64,000 nucleotides of DNA from a virus, in the UHGV virus genome UHGV-1550212. One strand, given 5' to 3'. A model generated the notes under the pieces. That model searched no databases. It was not told where the DNA came from and saw only the letters and a program-made list of their open reading frames with translations. Positions 1-9,758 of the stretch are shown here, one piece after another (position 1 is the first letter of the stretch; every line of letters begins with the position of its first letter). Made by a program: the position numbers and the translations under genes.

Positions 1-1918
1 CAATTGATAGCACTTGTTTGCTATCTTTTGCTACTCTTGTCATAACTGCAAATATCGTAGCAAGCACACCAATCCCAAGTGCAGCCTTGCCCATGTCTTC
101 CCACTCAACAATTCGCCAAGCAAATATGCCAAGTGCAAGTGCACCAACCGCTGCAGCCATAGCAAGCACGCCTACACCAAGCTTTTGCATATCGCCATCT
201 TTGCCAGCAAGACGATTTGCACCAGCCATTGCCAATGCAAGTGTAGTAATTGTTATTGCAGGCGCAAATGCATATGTGTAATCAGGTATGAGTTCATGCC
301 AAGCCCAAATTGACAATGCAAGCACCGCTATTGAACCTGCAATCATCATCATTTGAGCACCGATGCCACCCTTAAGATTTGAGCCCTCTGTCTGCATTTT
401 GCTGAATGCATCAGCATTGCCAGATAGCTTCATACCAAGGCCTGCACCTGCAGATGATATGCCATTTGCAAAGCCGATTGCAAGACCCAATGCAACAATG
501 ACACCAAAGATTAAGCCAACAGATTCCCAGCTTGCTTCCATCAATTCACCTGCAGCAACCACTGCAAGCACAAACAGAGCAATTGAGCCTGATAGCATCA
601 GCATTTCTTTGCCCACTGCATTCTGCTGTCCTTTCTTGCCGCCTGAACCAAACAGCGATTCACCAGACAATGCTTTGCCAAGCACCCATATTGCTCCACT
701 GACAGCAAGCAAAGCAACTGAACCCATAACAACACCACTCCATGATACATTGCTAAATAGCATCATTGACAATGCGACCATGCTAAGCGCGCCTGCAATC
801 ATCATGACATTCTTTGCACCAGCTGATGCATCTTTGTCAGTGATTTTGCCAATTGCCCAATATGCTGCAATGAATGTCAATGTGCCAAGCGTGAACATTC
901 CAAGAGCTTCAAATGTCACAAGTTGACCAAATGACCATATTGTAAGACCCACAAGAGCAATTGCTGCAGCAGCTTTCATGACAACCTCTGTCGTTCTATC
1001 AAGAGATGCCACAAGTGATTCAACTTGGCTGACCATGTCAGCCACTGCAGTCATTGACTCTTTATGAGATTTCAGAGTTTCAGCAGCTTTCAAATACGAA
1101 TCGACAAGCTTATTCAAGGCAGCCTCAAATCTTGGAGCAGCCTTTTCAAGCCTGTCGACAATCAAATCGATAGCTTCAAGACCGCTTTCAAGCTGCAATC
1201 GTTTGACAGGCGACATATTTGTCAAAGAGTCAATGATTGTTGCAAAAGCAGTAGCTATCGTGCCCATTTTTGGGTCAATGTTGGGCGCATTGCTTGCATT
1301 GGCCTTGCTGTTTGCGATTGAGTCTTTTTCTTGACGTTCTGCAATGACGTCTGCAAATGTTGTCAGGTCATCAAGTTTTGATGACATCAATGCAAAGATG
1401 TTGCGTTGATTTTCCTCGATAACTTCAAGATAGACTCTTACAAGGTCACAATGTTGTGTAAATTCAGTATGTTGTGATTCAACATGCTCTGCAATCACAT
1501 CAAGCAAAACAGAAGCATCTGATATGTTTGTTGCAGCAGCTTTGTTTTCAATATGCTCTGCAATGATTTCAAGCAATGCGTTTGTGTCAGACAATAATGC
1601 AGATACTGATGTTGCTGAAGATGATTCGTCTGTTTGCAGTTCAGATATGATTTGAGCAAGACCTGCAAACATATTTGTTTCTGCACTCGAATCTTTTTCT
1701 TTCCATGATTGATACAAAACTGCACCAACAGTTGAGCACAATGACGCAACAATAGTGTCGTTGCCAACAATTGACATGAAAGTGTTTTCAAGCTTTGTCA
1801 GCTCATCATCACTGACATCAGTCGAAGATGCTGACGACGTGTCAGCATCTTCGAACTCTTGCCAGTTTGTTGGCTTGTCGCCTGTAGAATCGTAGACGTT
1901 TGTTTTGTCTTCAGCCAT
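1..1918 (-). CDS. Large hydrophobic Ala/Gly/Leu-rich protein; only the N-terminal ~639 codons are in the window (gene runs past position 1). Tape-measure-like or multi-pass membrane protein
   Basis: Minus-strand ATG at 1918-1916 (MAEDKTNVYDSTG...). I hand-translated both ends in the same frame (last in-window residues ...AVMTRVAKDSKQVLSI); the middle is inferred open because the ORF track lists no minus ORF here. Plus-strand ORFs 14-926 are its codon-aligned antisense. Confidence 0.45.
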   Translation of the reverse strand, partial: MAEDKTNVYDSTGDKPTNWQEFEDADTSSASSTDVSDDELTKLENTFMSIVGNDTIVASLCSTVGAVLYQSWKEKDSSAETNMFAGLAQIISELQTDESSSATSVSALLSDTNALLEIIAEHIENKAAATNISDASVLLDVIAEHVESQHTEFTQHCDLVRVYLEVIEENQRNIFALMSSKLDDLTTFADVIAERQEKDSIANSKANASNAPNIDPKMGTIATAFATIIDSLTNMSPVKRLQLESGLEAIDLIVDRLEKAAPRFEAALNKLVDSYLKAAETLKSHKESMTAVADMVSQVESLVASLDRTTEVVMKAAAAIALVGLTIWSFGQLVTFEALGMFTLGTLTFIAAYWAIGKITDKDASAGAKNVMMIAGALSMVALSMMLFSNVSWSGVVMGSVALLAVSGAIWVLGKALSGESLFGSGGKKGQQNAVGKEMLMLSGSIALFVLAVVAAGELMEASWESVGLIFGVIVALGLAIGFANGISSAGAGLGMKLSGNADAFSKMQTEGSNLKGGIGAQMMMIAGSIAVLALSIWAWHELIPDYTYAFAPAITITTLALAMAGANRLAGKDGDMQKLGVGVLAMAAAVGALALGIFAWRIVEWEDMGKAALGIGVLATIFAVMTRVAKDSKQVLSI

Positions 1919-1927
1919 AGTGTATCA

Positions 1928-2182
1928 TCAGAACTTTGGCAGTTCAAAATTATTGTTGAACTTTGGCATTGGCAGACTTGTCGGCATCATTGACTTTGCT
2001 TTGCGCATATATGCATCTTGTTGAGCCTTGATGCTTTTATGAGTACCGCTTTGTGAATCAGCATCGCCTTTTCGAGCTTCTTCTTCAGTTTTGATAAGCT
2101 CAAGAACATCATCCAGCAGCCATTGATATTCATAGTATGGCAATGCGTCCAATTCAGAAAACTGAAGAGGACATTTTTGCAT
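1928..2182 (-). CDS. Small hypothetical protein (84 aa from internal Met MQKCPLQFSELD...)
   Basis: ORF-track entry 1928..2326 trimmed to the Met at 2182 to remove a 128-nt out-of-frame overlap with the upstream gene ending at 2199. Confidence 0.3.
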   Translation of the reverse strand: MQKCPLQFSELDALPYYEYQWLLDDVLELIKTEEEARKGDADSQSGTHKSIKAQQDAYMRKAKSMMPTSLPMPKFNNNFELPKF

Positions 2183-2198
2183 GATGTATATGCGATTC

Positions 2199-3284
2199 TT
2201 ACAAAAGTTCCGATTCGAGATTTTGAACTGGTTGAAAAATCTGCTTGATTCCCTCTGGAAATCGAAACGGGGCTTCACCCTCCATGTGACACTTCGGGCA
2301 AGTGAACTTGATATTGTTAGATGCAAGAATCATGCACTTAGACAGAATCTTCAGCTTAAGCGGCAATTCTTTGAATGCATCCATTGCTTGGAACGACTGA
2401 CAAATTTGCTCAGCTTTCTTGACATTAAGACCTCGCCAATCAGGTGTAAGCCACTGAGCTGCAAGAATGTATGTCTTTGCGTTCATCAATGTGTCTTTGT
2501 CAAGTGTTCGCATGTACTCTGCAAAAACTTTGCCAACGCCGATTGTCGATGGCTTGAGTACAAGTTCGCCATACGAACGAGTTTGAACTCGATAGCAGCC
2601 GGTTTCAGAATCAATGTATTTGTCCATTGATTCATCGGGCTCATCCCAAGTCATATTGTCAGCAGTTAAGTCAAGCTTAAAATTATGCTTGCAAGTGCCT
2701 GATGAAATTTCCAGCGTAATCGGGTTTGTCAGCTCAGAGTTCTCAGGGAATGTGAGGTCGTGAATCAACATTATCAGGTACCACTTGTCGTGTTCGTATA
2801 TATCATCAACTGACCAATGATTCATGCCAGACTTGCTGACGCATCGAACGCATACCTTAACAATGTCGTTCAAATATGTTGCTGCTTCAGCTGGATTTGC
2901 ATTGTCATCAAGATTCGACCAGTGACGAATTTCACCTGCTCGACATGCTCGATAGATAATTTGCAAATCACTTGGGTACAGTCGACCTTGCTTAGCAAGC
3001 TTCGTCATGTCAACATTGAACCAGCCAGTGTCTGTAACTTCTGATTGACGTGCTCTTTCTGCAATACGCTCTTGAGCTACTTCAGTTGCAGCATCAATTG
3101 CGCTATCATTGACTCTTGTAGCTGCTTCAGCTTCTTCTACTACAGATGCAAGCGGATTGTTTCTACCCGCATTCTCACCGCCATCTGCTGGAATGACGAG
3201 ACGTTTCTTTTCTTGTGGCATATTGTAATGTATTTGAATGGTTTTGAATATGTATTTGAGATGTGCACACATTGAAAATATCAC
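2199..3284 (-). CDS. Hypothetical protein (361-aa ORF; true start may be the internal MPQEKKR)
   Basis: Long minus-strand ORF tightly packed between neighbours; C-terminal CPKC pair; no motif I can place. Confidence 0.5.
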   Translation of the reverse strand: MIFSMCAHLKYIFKTIQIHYNMPQEKKRLVIPADGGENAGRNNPLASVVEEAEAATRVNDSAIDAATEVAQERIAERARQSEVTDTGWFNVDMTKLAKQGRLYPSDLQIIYRACRAGEIRHWSNLDDNANPAEAATYLNDIVKVCVRCVSKSGMNHWSVDDIYEHDKWYLIMLIHDLTFPENSELTNPITLEISSGTCKHNFKLDLTADNMTWDEPDESMDKYIDSETGCYRVQTRSYGELVLKPSTIGVGKVFAEYMRTLDKDTLMNAKTYILAAQWLTPDWRGLNVKKAEQICQSFQAMDAFKELPLKLKILSKCMILASNNIKFTCPKCHMEGEAPFRFPEGIKQIFQPVQNLESELL

Positions 3285-3289
3285 ACAAA

Positions 3290-4585
3290 CTATTGTTTGC
3301 GTTGTAATGTCAGTAGTCCACAGTCATATACAGGTAAAAATCCTGCAGCATTGTAGTCTTCTGCATGTGATATGTCATTGTCTATAAAATGCTCACCAGT
3401 TCGCATATTATGCCAATGACATTGTATAACATTGCTTACTAATTTATAGTCATCTACATATTTTGTAGGGTCTTCTTTTGACAAGTCTATTGTAATAACG
3501 TCGGCAGTTTTCAATTGTTCTGTGTCATCGATGATTGACTTTAGCAATGCGACAATTGTATCAGCGTCATCCCAATCCCAAATTGTGACGCATCGATAGC
3601 CTTGCGACATTGCTTTGCAACATTTGTCTGCATGACTATTTGCATGTCTATGCCAATTTGCTGCAGAGCGGCCTGTCATATACTCAAAGCTATACGCACT
3701 ATTATGCGTAAACGTTGGATTGATTTCAATTGCTATGTTCTCATAGCGTAAGTCATATGTAAATGATTCTATTTGCGGTTGCTCAAACTCAAATTGAACG
3801 TTAAGCGATTCTAACAAGTATCGTTGCCACCATTGATTTTGCTTAGATATGATGTGACCTTGCGCAAGTTTACAATGTGTAGTCATGCAATAATATGGCA
3901 CACCATAACGCATCATATTTGTACGTACAACTGCTTGTGTGCGTCGTTTTAAGTCACCGCCCCACTTGTTGCCATACCGTTCAAGCTTTGTTTGCGTTGC
4001 CAGTTGTATATTCACACATCCATTTGCTTTGCCATATCGTTCAAGTTTGACTTGCGTAATTTTGTCCATAGGCCCAAATGCATTACCAAATTGTGCAATC
4101 TTTGTAGCTTTCATTTTGTCAATATTGCCAACACCTTTGCTGCCAAATCGAACAAGCTTAGTGTCGCCAACTTTGCATTTAACATCATGCAATTGTGATA
4201 TGAATTCTACACCGTATTTGAGCAAGTTATTGATGCGACCATTATAACGCTGTTTAATGATGCCATGCGATGTTTTGCGTGGTGCATAACGAACAAATGG
4301 TGTATTAGCAAGTTCAGCATCTCGCAATTCTTCAAGTTCTTTTATTCGAGCTGCATGTTCAGATGCGTTATCATATTGCAACGCGCCAGCATGACGTTCA
4401 TATGGCAATCTTCCATGCTTACGTATGAAAGCAATTTTGTTTGCATATTGCACACGTATCTTACTATGTGTAGATACTCTTGCGCTTAATTTTGCATATG
4501 GCGTTTCTGCAATCAATTTATCACGTTCAGCTTCAAGTTCTTTTATTCGAGCTTCAAGAGCATCACCAGTTAGTCGTTCAGCCAT
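3290..4585 (-). CDS. Homing-endonuclease-like protein, paralog 1 of 5 (coiled-coil N-module, (K/E)RYGxxxG repeats, Vsr/DUF559-like C-terminal nuclease domain)
   Basis: Start placed at MAERLTGDALEARIKELEAERDK by alignment with the paralog at 16845-17876. Repeats LVRFGSKGVGN / IAQFGNAFGP / LERYGKANG / LERYGNKWGG; C-terminal IEINPTFTHN ... GYRCVTIWDWDD ... GFLPVYDCG. The N-module is duplicated in this copy. Confidence 0.55.
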   Translation of the reverse strand: MAERLTGDALEARIKELEAERDKLIAETPYAKLSARVSTHSKIRVQYANKIAFIRKHGRLPYERHAGALQYDNASEHAARIKELEELRDAELANTPFVRYAPRKTSHGIIKQRYNGRINNLLKYGVEFISQLHDVKCKVGDTKLVRFGSKGVGNIDKMKATKIAQFGNAFGPMDKITQVKLERYGKANGCVNIQLATQTKLERYGNKWGGDLKRRTQAVVRTNMMRYGVPYYCMTTHCKLAQGHIISKQNQWWQRYLLESLNVQFEFEQPQIESFTYDLRYENIAIEINPTFTHNSAYSFEYMTGRSAANWHRHANSHADKCCKAMSQGYRCVTIWDWDDADTIVALLKSIIDDTEQLKTADVITIDLSKEDPTKYVDDYKLVSNVIQCHWHNMRTGEHFIDNDISHAEDYNAAGFLPVYDCGLLTLQRKQ

Positions 4586-4652
4586 TGTGCATGAATGTTC
4601 AATATGTAAATTCACTATATGTACATATAACACGAATATTCAAGTTAGATGC

Positions 4653-6644
4653 ATGGCTGAAGTCAAGAATCAAGTGTTTAATCCAGTAGCACAATTCAAA
4701 TCTGCTGAAGAAAAAGAAGCTGCGAAAGTTATATGGTGCAGTGAATCAGTCGCAATGGCATATGATGCAGTTGACCAAGGCTTGCCACTTAGAGCAAATC
4801 CGTGGTTCTTTGGCAATATTGCACTGCGTAAGCCCGGATTGCTATACAGATACACTGACATAGAATTGCGTGAATGGCTTAGATGCAAGTATGACATATT
4901 ATATTTTGCTGACACATGGTGTCAGATTTTAACTCCAGATGGCACAAGAAAGCATTTTAATTTGAGACCATATCAACGCAAAATGCTGCGTGCATATCAA
5001 CGACAAAAGTATACGATAGTTCTTACTGGGCGACAAGTAGGCAAAACGGTCGTTACATCAGTATTTCTCGCTTGGGCAGTCATTTTCAATCGTGAGCTTA
5101 ACATAGCAGTACTTGGCGACCGCTTGGCAACATCAAGTGAAAACCTGAACAAAACAAAAGACATCATAAACAATCTGCCGTTCTTTATGAAGCCTGGTGT
5201 GTTTGTTTGGAATGGCGGAATGGTCGCATTTGACAATGGTTGCAAAATTATCACAGGTACTGCTCAAAAGTCATCACTTGTCGGTAAGACAATTCACATC
5301 TTATATCTTGATGAGCTCGCAATTCCACCTGCTCAGCAATCAAAGACTCTTGTAGATTATGCATTGCCAACAATTGCGTCATTGCCAACTGGCAAAGTTA
5401 TCGTAACATCTACGCCATCTGGTGATAATGTGTTCAAGACTTTGTGGCTTGGTGCAATTAACAAAACAAATGGCTTCTTTCCAATTCAAGTAAACTGGTG
5501 GGATATTCCTGGCCGTGATGAAAAGTGGAAAGCTGAGCAAATCGCAATTCTTGGTGAAGATGCTTTCAATGAGCAATACAACTGCGTGTTCTTGTCAGGT
5601 GCAACGTCAATTTTCAATTCAAGAGCAATTGATGATATTGCAAGACGACAGCAAAAGTATGAATTTGTTGCTGATGAGCGTCTTGAATCACTACTCAGAT
5701 TCTTCATTGCTGATTCAGATGTCGGCACTGAACCCGAGCCGCACTCATTTATGACTTGGCGTGCAGATATTGACCCAGCAACACTCAAAAATGAAACATG
5801 TATCATCAATATTGACATTGCTGAAGGTTTATCTGGCGACTTTTCTGTCATACATGTGCATCGTATAGTTGACATTACAAAAGATGTTGAACTTGAACTT
5901 GATGCAAGCAATCTGTATGATATGTTTGACGATGACAAAAAATCATTGTTTGCAAAAGCAGTTGAAATGCAACGTCAAATGTCAGCAACACAAGCTCAAG
6001 ATGATGACGATGATGACGATGACGACTGGTTTGGCGCAGACGATGATGTCGCTCAAGGCGTTGATGCATATCAAGATTATGCGAATGCTGCAGTAGAAGA
6101 GATTGGCTTATGGCGTTCAAATGTGACATCAATCAAAGTCATGGCTCTGTATTTGCAGTTCTTAATGACGTATGTGTTTGATGCAAACAAAACAAAGATT
6201 ATCTATGAACGCAACAAATATGGTGGAGAGTTTCGTTCATATTGTTTGTCTGAACGTGCACGCAATATTGCAATTGATGAAGAGAGCTTCGTAAGCTTCC
6301 AACGAACTCTTGGTTCAGAACAACTTGCACCAGGCTGTTCAATTACGCCTGGCACCAAACCAGTGTACGTAAGACAGCTCAAAGACCTTATTGAAACTGG
6401 CAAGATTCTTGAAAACAATGCAGATACGCAAAGAGAGCTTACATATTTTGGCGGTGTCAAAGGCAAGAATGGTCACGTGTCATATCAGGCGTCACCTGGC
6501 TTCCATGATGACATTGCAATGACTCTTGTATCTCTTGCAGCATTTATGGACACTCGATGCAATGACTGGCTTGAACTGCTTGATGTGTTCTACAATGGCA
6601 GCAGTCAAACAAGTTCTGATGATGACGATGATGACTGGATTTGA
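4653..6644 (+). CDS. terL: Terminase large subunit (T4 gp17-like ATPase-nuclease)
   Basis: Walker A LTGRQVGKTVVTSVFLAWAV, Walker B HILYLDELA, C-terminal nuclease-domain GFHDDIAMTLVSLAAF, all closely resembling T4 gp17 as I recall it. Start moved to ATG 4653 (MAEVKNQ), divergent from the gene starting at 4585. Contains in-frame poly-Asp tracts at 6000-6026 and 6618-6635. Confidence 0.9.
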   Translation: MAEVKNQVFNPVAQFKSAEEKEAAKVIWCSESVAMAYDAVDQGLPLRANPWFFGNIALRKPGLLYRYTDIELREWLRCKYDILYFADTWCQILTPDGTRKHFNLRPYQRKMLRAYQRQKYTIVLTGRQVGKTVVTSVFLAWAVIFNRELNIAVLGDRLATSSENLNKTKDIINNLPFFMKPGVFVWNGGMVAFDNGCKIITGTAQKSSLVGKTIHILYLDELAIPPAQQSKTLVDYALPTIASLPTGKVIVTSTPSGDNVFKTLWLGAINKTNGFFPIQVNWWDIPGRDEKWKAEQIAILGEDAFNEQYNCVFLSGATSIFNSRAIDDIARRQQKYEFVADERLESLLRFFIADSDVGTEPEPHSFMTWRADIDPATLKNETCIINIDIAEGLSGDFSVIHVHRIVDITKDVELELDASNLYDMFDDDKKSLFAKAVEMQRQMSATQAQDDDDDDDDDWFGADDDVAQGVDAYQDYANAAVEEIGLWRSNVTSIKVMALYLQFLMTYVFDANKTKIIYERNKYGGEFRSYCLSERARNIAIDEESFVSFQRTLGSEQLAPGCSITPGTKPVYVRQLKDLIETGKILENNADTQRELTYFGGVKGKNGHVSYQASPGFHDDIAMTLVSLAAFMDTRCNDWLELLDVFYNGSSQTSSDDDDDDWI

Positions 6645-6653
6645 TTTGTGACA

Positions 6654-6707
6654 CATCATCACAAAACAAGCCAGCAGAATTGTCTGCTGGCTTGTTTTGT
6701 GATGATG
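6654..6707. terminator. Perfect 24-bp-stem hairpin (loop aattgt) between convergent terminase and DHFR genes; likely bidirectional terminator
   Basis: catcatcacaaaacaagccagcag / aattgt / ctgctggcttgttttgtgatgatg; begins 10 nt after the terminase stop. Confidence 0.6.
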
Positions 6708-6712
6708 TGCTG

Positions 6713-7216
6713 TCATCGTTTTCGATGGAAGACTTTGAATTTGTATCGTAACGTTCTGTCATTATCTGTGCATGTGTATAGTGCAGACTCAGATTTTTTA
6801 GTCCACATTCGCCAATTGACTGCAGGAAATCGAACGTCGCCTTCAGCATAATTGTCAATCATCGTCAAGTACATTCTGTCTGCATAAATCATTGCTTCTT
6901 CAAACAACTTAGAACCGCCGATGATAAACATGTTAGACGCAAATGCAGACTTGCAATATGCTATTGCATTGGCTAGCGTGCTAAATACGAAATAGTCGCT
7001 TGTTGGCTGCAATGTAGAGCTTATAACAATGTTAATTCTGTCGGGCAAGGGCTTGCAATTCATCGACTCAAAAGTCTTACGACCCATGATGACAATGTGA
7101 TTCTTTGTGAGTTTCTTGAAGTGCTGCAAGTCATGTGGAATATGCCAGGGCAAATCACCATTGCGACCTATGACATTGTTATTTGATACTGCTGCTATGA
7201 TATTGATGTATTGCAT
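6713..7216 (-). CDS. frd: Dihydrofolate reductase
   Basis: N-terminal IAAVSNNNVIGRNGDLPWHIPHDLQHFKKLTKNHIVIMGRKTFES is the canonical DHFR signature; 167 aa. Confidence 0.9.
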   Translation of the reverse strand: MQYINIIAAVSNNNVIGRNGDLPWHIPHDLQHFKKLTKNHIVIMGRKTFESMNCKPLPDRINIVISSTLQPTSDYFVFSTLANAIAYCKSAFASNMFIIGGSKLFEEAMIYADRMYLTMIDNYAEGDVRFPAVNWRMWTKKSESALYTCTDNDRTLRYKFKVFHRKR

Positions 7217-7231
7217 TGTTGATGAAGTTGT

Positions 7232-7537
7232 TTATAATGAGTCAGACACTACAGATGCATATTGCAAGACCTGTTTGCGAATATCACTGCCAATCAGTCG
7301 TTCATACTGCAGACGCAGTTTTGTAACTGTCATATTATCTGGCAGTTCTTTGATTTTGATGAACACACCAGCTCTATGACCTTTATCGATGTAGCCGCAT
7401 TTTTCACACATATTGCGCAAATTGTCGACGTATGACTCTTTGTCATTGACTGCAGATAGCATTTGCTGTCTGCTAAATGAATCGCCAATTGCAATTGATG
7501 CTATGAATTGTTTGAATGAATCCCAAGCAGTCATCAC
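7232..7537 (-). CDS. Hypothetical protein (101 aa)
   Basis: ORF with 4-nt start/stop overlap with the upstream gene. Confidence 0.45.
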   Translation of the reverse strand: MMTAWDSFKQFIASIAIGDSFSRQQMLSAVNDKESYVDNLRNMCEKCGYIDKGHRAGVFIKIKELPDNMTVTKLRLQYERLIGSDIRKQVLQYASVVSDSL

Positions 7538-7989
7538 ATATTTGACTTATAAGTTTCACAGCGTTTCCAATCTGTTGCAGACTTCAAGCCCTTCAAGTAT
7601 TCTACATACATTGGGTGCTCCCATGCAGGGTCATCAGTCACAGCAACATAGCCTTTGCTATGCTTATCTTTGTCAATAAGCATCTCTGCGTATTTTGGTG
7701 CAAGCAGTCGTTTGTTTGCAGCCCAAGCAAAATGACATTTGACAAAGTGCCGCGTAATTCTTGTGTATGCTGCTTTGACAGACTTTAGCATATCAGGGTC
7801 TGCAATGACATCTGACAAATTCTGTGGTGCTGCAGCAATGAAAACTGCTTCACAGTCTTTGTGCTTTGCCGCAATTTGCTGCAGCAAGTCTTCATGTGAA
7901 TTGAGATGCAGAATCGTCGAACAGATGACCACGATATCTGTTGCAGGTTCGATTCGCTTTGCTTGTTCTTTAAGAGATGGTTGTTCCAT
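7534..7989 (-). CDS. Hypothetical protein (151 aa)
   Basis: ORF in operon-like packing; no confident motif. Confidence 0.5.
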   Translation of the reverse strand: MEQPSLKEQAKRIEPATDIVVICSTILHLNSHEDLLQQIAAKHKDCEAVFIAAAPQNLSDVIADPDMLKSVKAAYTRITRHFVKCHFAWAANKRLLAPKYAEMLIDKDKHSKGYVAVTDDPAWEHPMYVEYLKGLKSATDWKRCETYKSNM

Positions 7990-7995
7990 GTTGTG

Positions 7996-8256
7996 TCAGA
8001 TTTTGATATGTCGTAGCAAAATTTTATGCAAATTCAACAATGATTGCGCTGCATATGCTGTATTTGGTTGAAGCTCTTTGCAGTTGTCGCATTTCAATGA
8101 CAGTTCAGTTATTTGAGCATCTGTGTCAATGTCAATTGCAGTTTGGCAAACTACACATTGCCATTTAAGTGTATGTGTATGCAAGTTGTTTACGAACAAC
8201 GTAGAGCCAAACTTGTCTTGCCAGTCTTCTGCGCATTTTGGATGAAACATTGTCAA
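7996..8256 (-). CDS. Small Cys-rich (zinc-ribbon-like) protein
   Basis: CxxC ... CxxC spacing (CVVCQ ... CDNC); 86 aa. Confidence 0.4.
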   Translation of the reverse strand: MTMFHPKCAEDWQDKFGSTLFVNNLHTHTLKWQCVVCQTAIDIDTDAQITELSLKCDNCKELQPNTAYAAQSLLNLHKILLRHIKI

Positions 8257-9254
8257 TGAGCCCAGTTAAGCCATACGTCATCAATTGATTGCGTAGTATA
8301 TTCACAATCATACAAAAAATCTACAAGAGCATCATAATTGCGTCTGCCCCATAATTTGTGCTTCAGACTGCCGATTTCTTCGTCTTTCTTGTAATTGTTG
8401 TAGATTCGTTCAAGCATTGCTGAAGAACCTGCTTTTGTGTCATATTCTGCCTCAAACAAACAGCCACAACTTGCTTTCTTTACAATTATGCGGTCATACA
8501 TTGACACTACTGCTCTCAAAATGCTCTTTGACTGCAATCGTAGCGTGTCAAGTTTATTGCATTGAGACTCCCATTTTTTGTACAACGTGTTGAATGATGG
8601 ATTGTCAAGTAGCTTGTCTGCAATTGCATACGCAAATGACATTGCATGCCAATCATCTGTTCTGAAGTCCTCTGTGTTATGCTTGTTGTAATAGGCGCCA
8701 GTCGGTGCACAGCCAATAAACGCTTCAAGCTGTCCAGCATCATTTCGCAATATACGCAATGAATGCTTGTTAAAGAATGACACCCATATGCGATTGTGCG
8801 CAACTATCACAGAATACTTGTTTTCGCATTTTGCAGCAGCATCACTTATTGAACGACAATCAATTTGCTTGCAAATTGATGTTATGAATGCTGCAAACTC
8901 TTCATGCTTCTTGAGCTTGTTTTGCGTGACGTCATACAGATGTAGCAGTCCATTGACAACAGAGTCAAGCTTAGCTTCGTCAGATTCAAAACTGCCAAAT
9001 GTTTCAAAGACTCGCATCTCTTTGTCAACAAGTGTTTCTACAATTGCATCAATATCTTTGCTAAGTAGTGTTTTGGGTTCTAACGTTGCATGCATAAATG
9101 TCAATTGAAGCAATGCATTTGCAGTTTGCTCAGACAACACATCATTTGCACGTGCAATGTCGATTGCAGCTTTAAGTTCTGTTCGTTTGACTTCAAAATA
9201 TCGTTGCAGCTGTAGTTTAAGTTGCTGAGAGTAGACGTTATTTGGTCTGAGCAT
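8253..9254 (-). CDS. Hypothetical protein (333 aa)
   Basis: Long ORF; promoter-like motif 9294-9320 lies ~40 nt upstream of its start. Confidence 0.55.
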   Translation of the reverse strand: MLRPNNVYSQQLKLQLQRYFEVKRTELKAAIDIARANDVLSEQTANALLQLTFMHATLEPKTLLSKDIDAIVETLVDKEMRVFETFGSFESDEAKLDSVVNGLLHLYDVTQNKLKKHEEFAAFITSICKQIDCRSISDAAAKCENKYSVIVAHNRIWVSFFNKHSLRILRNDAGQLEAFIGCAPTGAYYNKHNTEDFRTDDWHAMSFAYAIADKLLDNPSFNTLYKKWESQCNKLDTLRLQSKSILRAVVSMYDRIIVKKASCGCLFEAEYDTKAGSSAMLERIYNNYKKDEEIGSLKHKLWGRRNYDALVDFLYDCEYTTQSIDDVWLNWAH

Positions 9255-9293
9255 ATTTGGGACGGATTCTTGTCTTTACTTTACTATATGAAA

Positions 9294-9320
9294 ATTGTAC
9301 CACAAGTTGTCAAGTTTTGC
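9294..9320 (-). promoter_or_regulatory. Promoter-like motif (sense strand GCAAAA-N15-TACAAT variant)
   Basis: Plus strand reads attgtaccacaagttgtcaagttttgc; member of the recurrent intergenic motif family. Confidence 0.4.
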
Positions 9321-9363
9321 TAACTTTGACGACTTGTGGTACGTCTGTTTTGTACATATGCAG

Positions 9364-9732
9364 TTATTTGATTGCACGTTCAAACATTCTGCAGCACCAG
9401 TCTTTATATGCAGGATTGCCCTTGACATCTGCTCGGAATGCGCAGTTGATAAGAGTCTTCTCCTCATTAACAAAGCATGCATAACGGCAGTTTGCGCAAC
9501 AACGAGCATCTTCTTGTTTTGTGCAAAATGCTGCACATGTCATGTCATCTTCTGTGTTGCGAATTGTTTTTGTTGGCGTGTACTCATAAGTGCACTGACA
9601 AATGCCATTATGCTCACGATGAAAGAAGCAATTTTTGCAAATATGTGCAACTTCTTCAACTGGTGCTGATGCTGCATATGTTTGTTCTTGCTCTACTGCA
9701 GACTGTGCAGCAACTTTAGTCTTTTTTGCCAT
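9364..9732 (-). CDS. Cys-rich protein (about 13 Cys in 123 aa), possible zinc-binding regulator
   Basis: Start moved to MAKKTKVAAQ (ATG at 9732); the longer ORF-track N-terminus would read through the tandem repeat at 9759-9834. Confidence 0.45.
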   Translation of the reverse strand: MAKKTKVAAQSAVEQEQTYAASAPVEEVAHICKNCFFHREHNGICQCTYEYTPTKTIRNTEDDMTCAAFCTKQEDARCCANCRYACFVNEEKTLINCAFRADVKGNPAYKDWCCRMFERAIK

Positions 9733-9758
9733 TGTATCAAATATTTGTATTTGTAAGT

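Noticed and set aside
14-1321. Plus-strand ORFs 14-313, 18-281, 363-926 and 1064-1321 with Ala/Pro/Ser-rich low-complexity translations
   Set aside because: They are antisense to the long minus-strand gene 1-1918 (one is codon-aligned antisense) and have implausible composition; treated as shadow ORFs.
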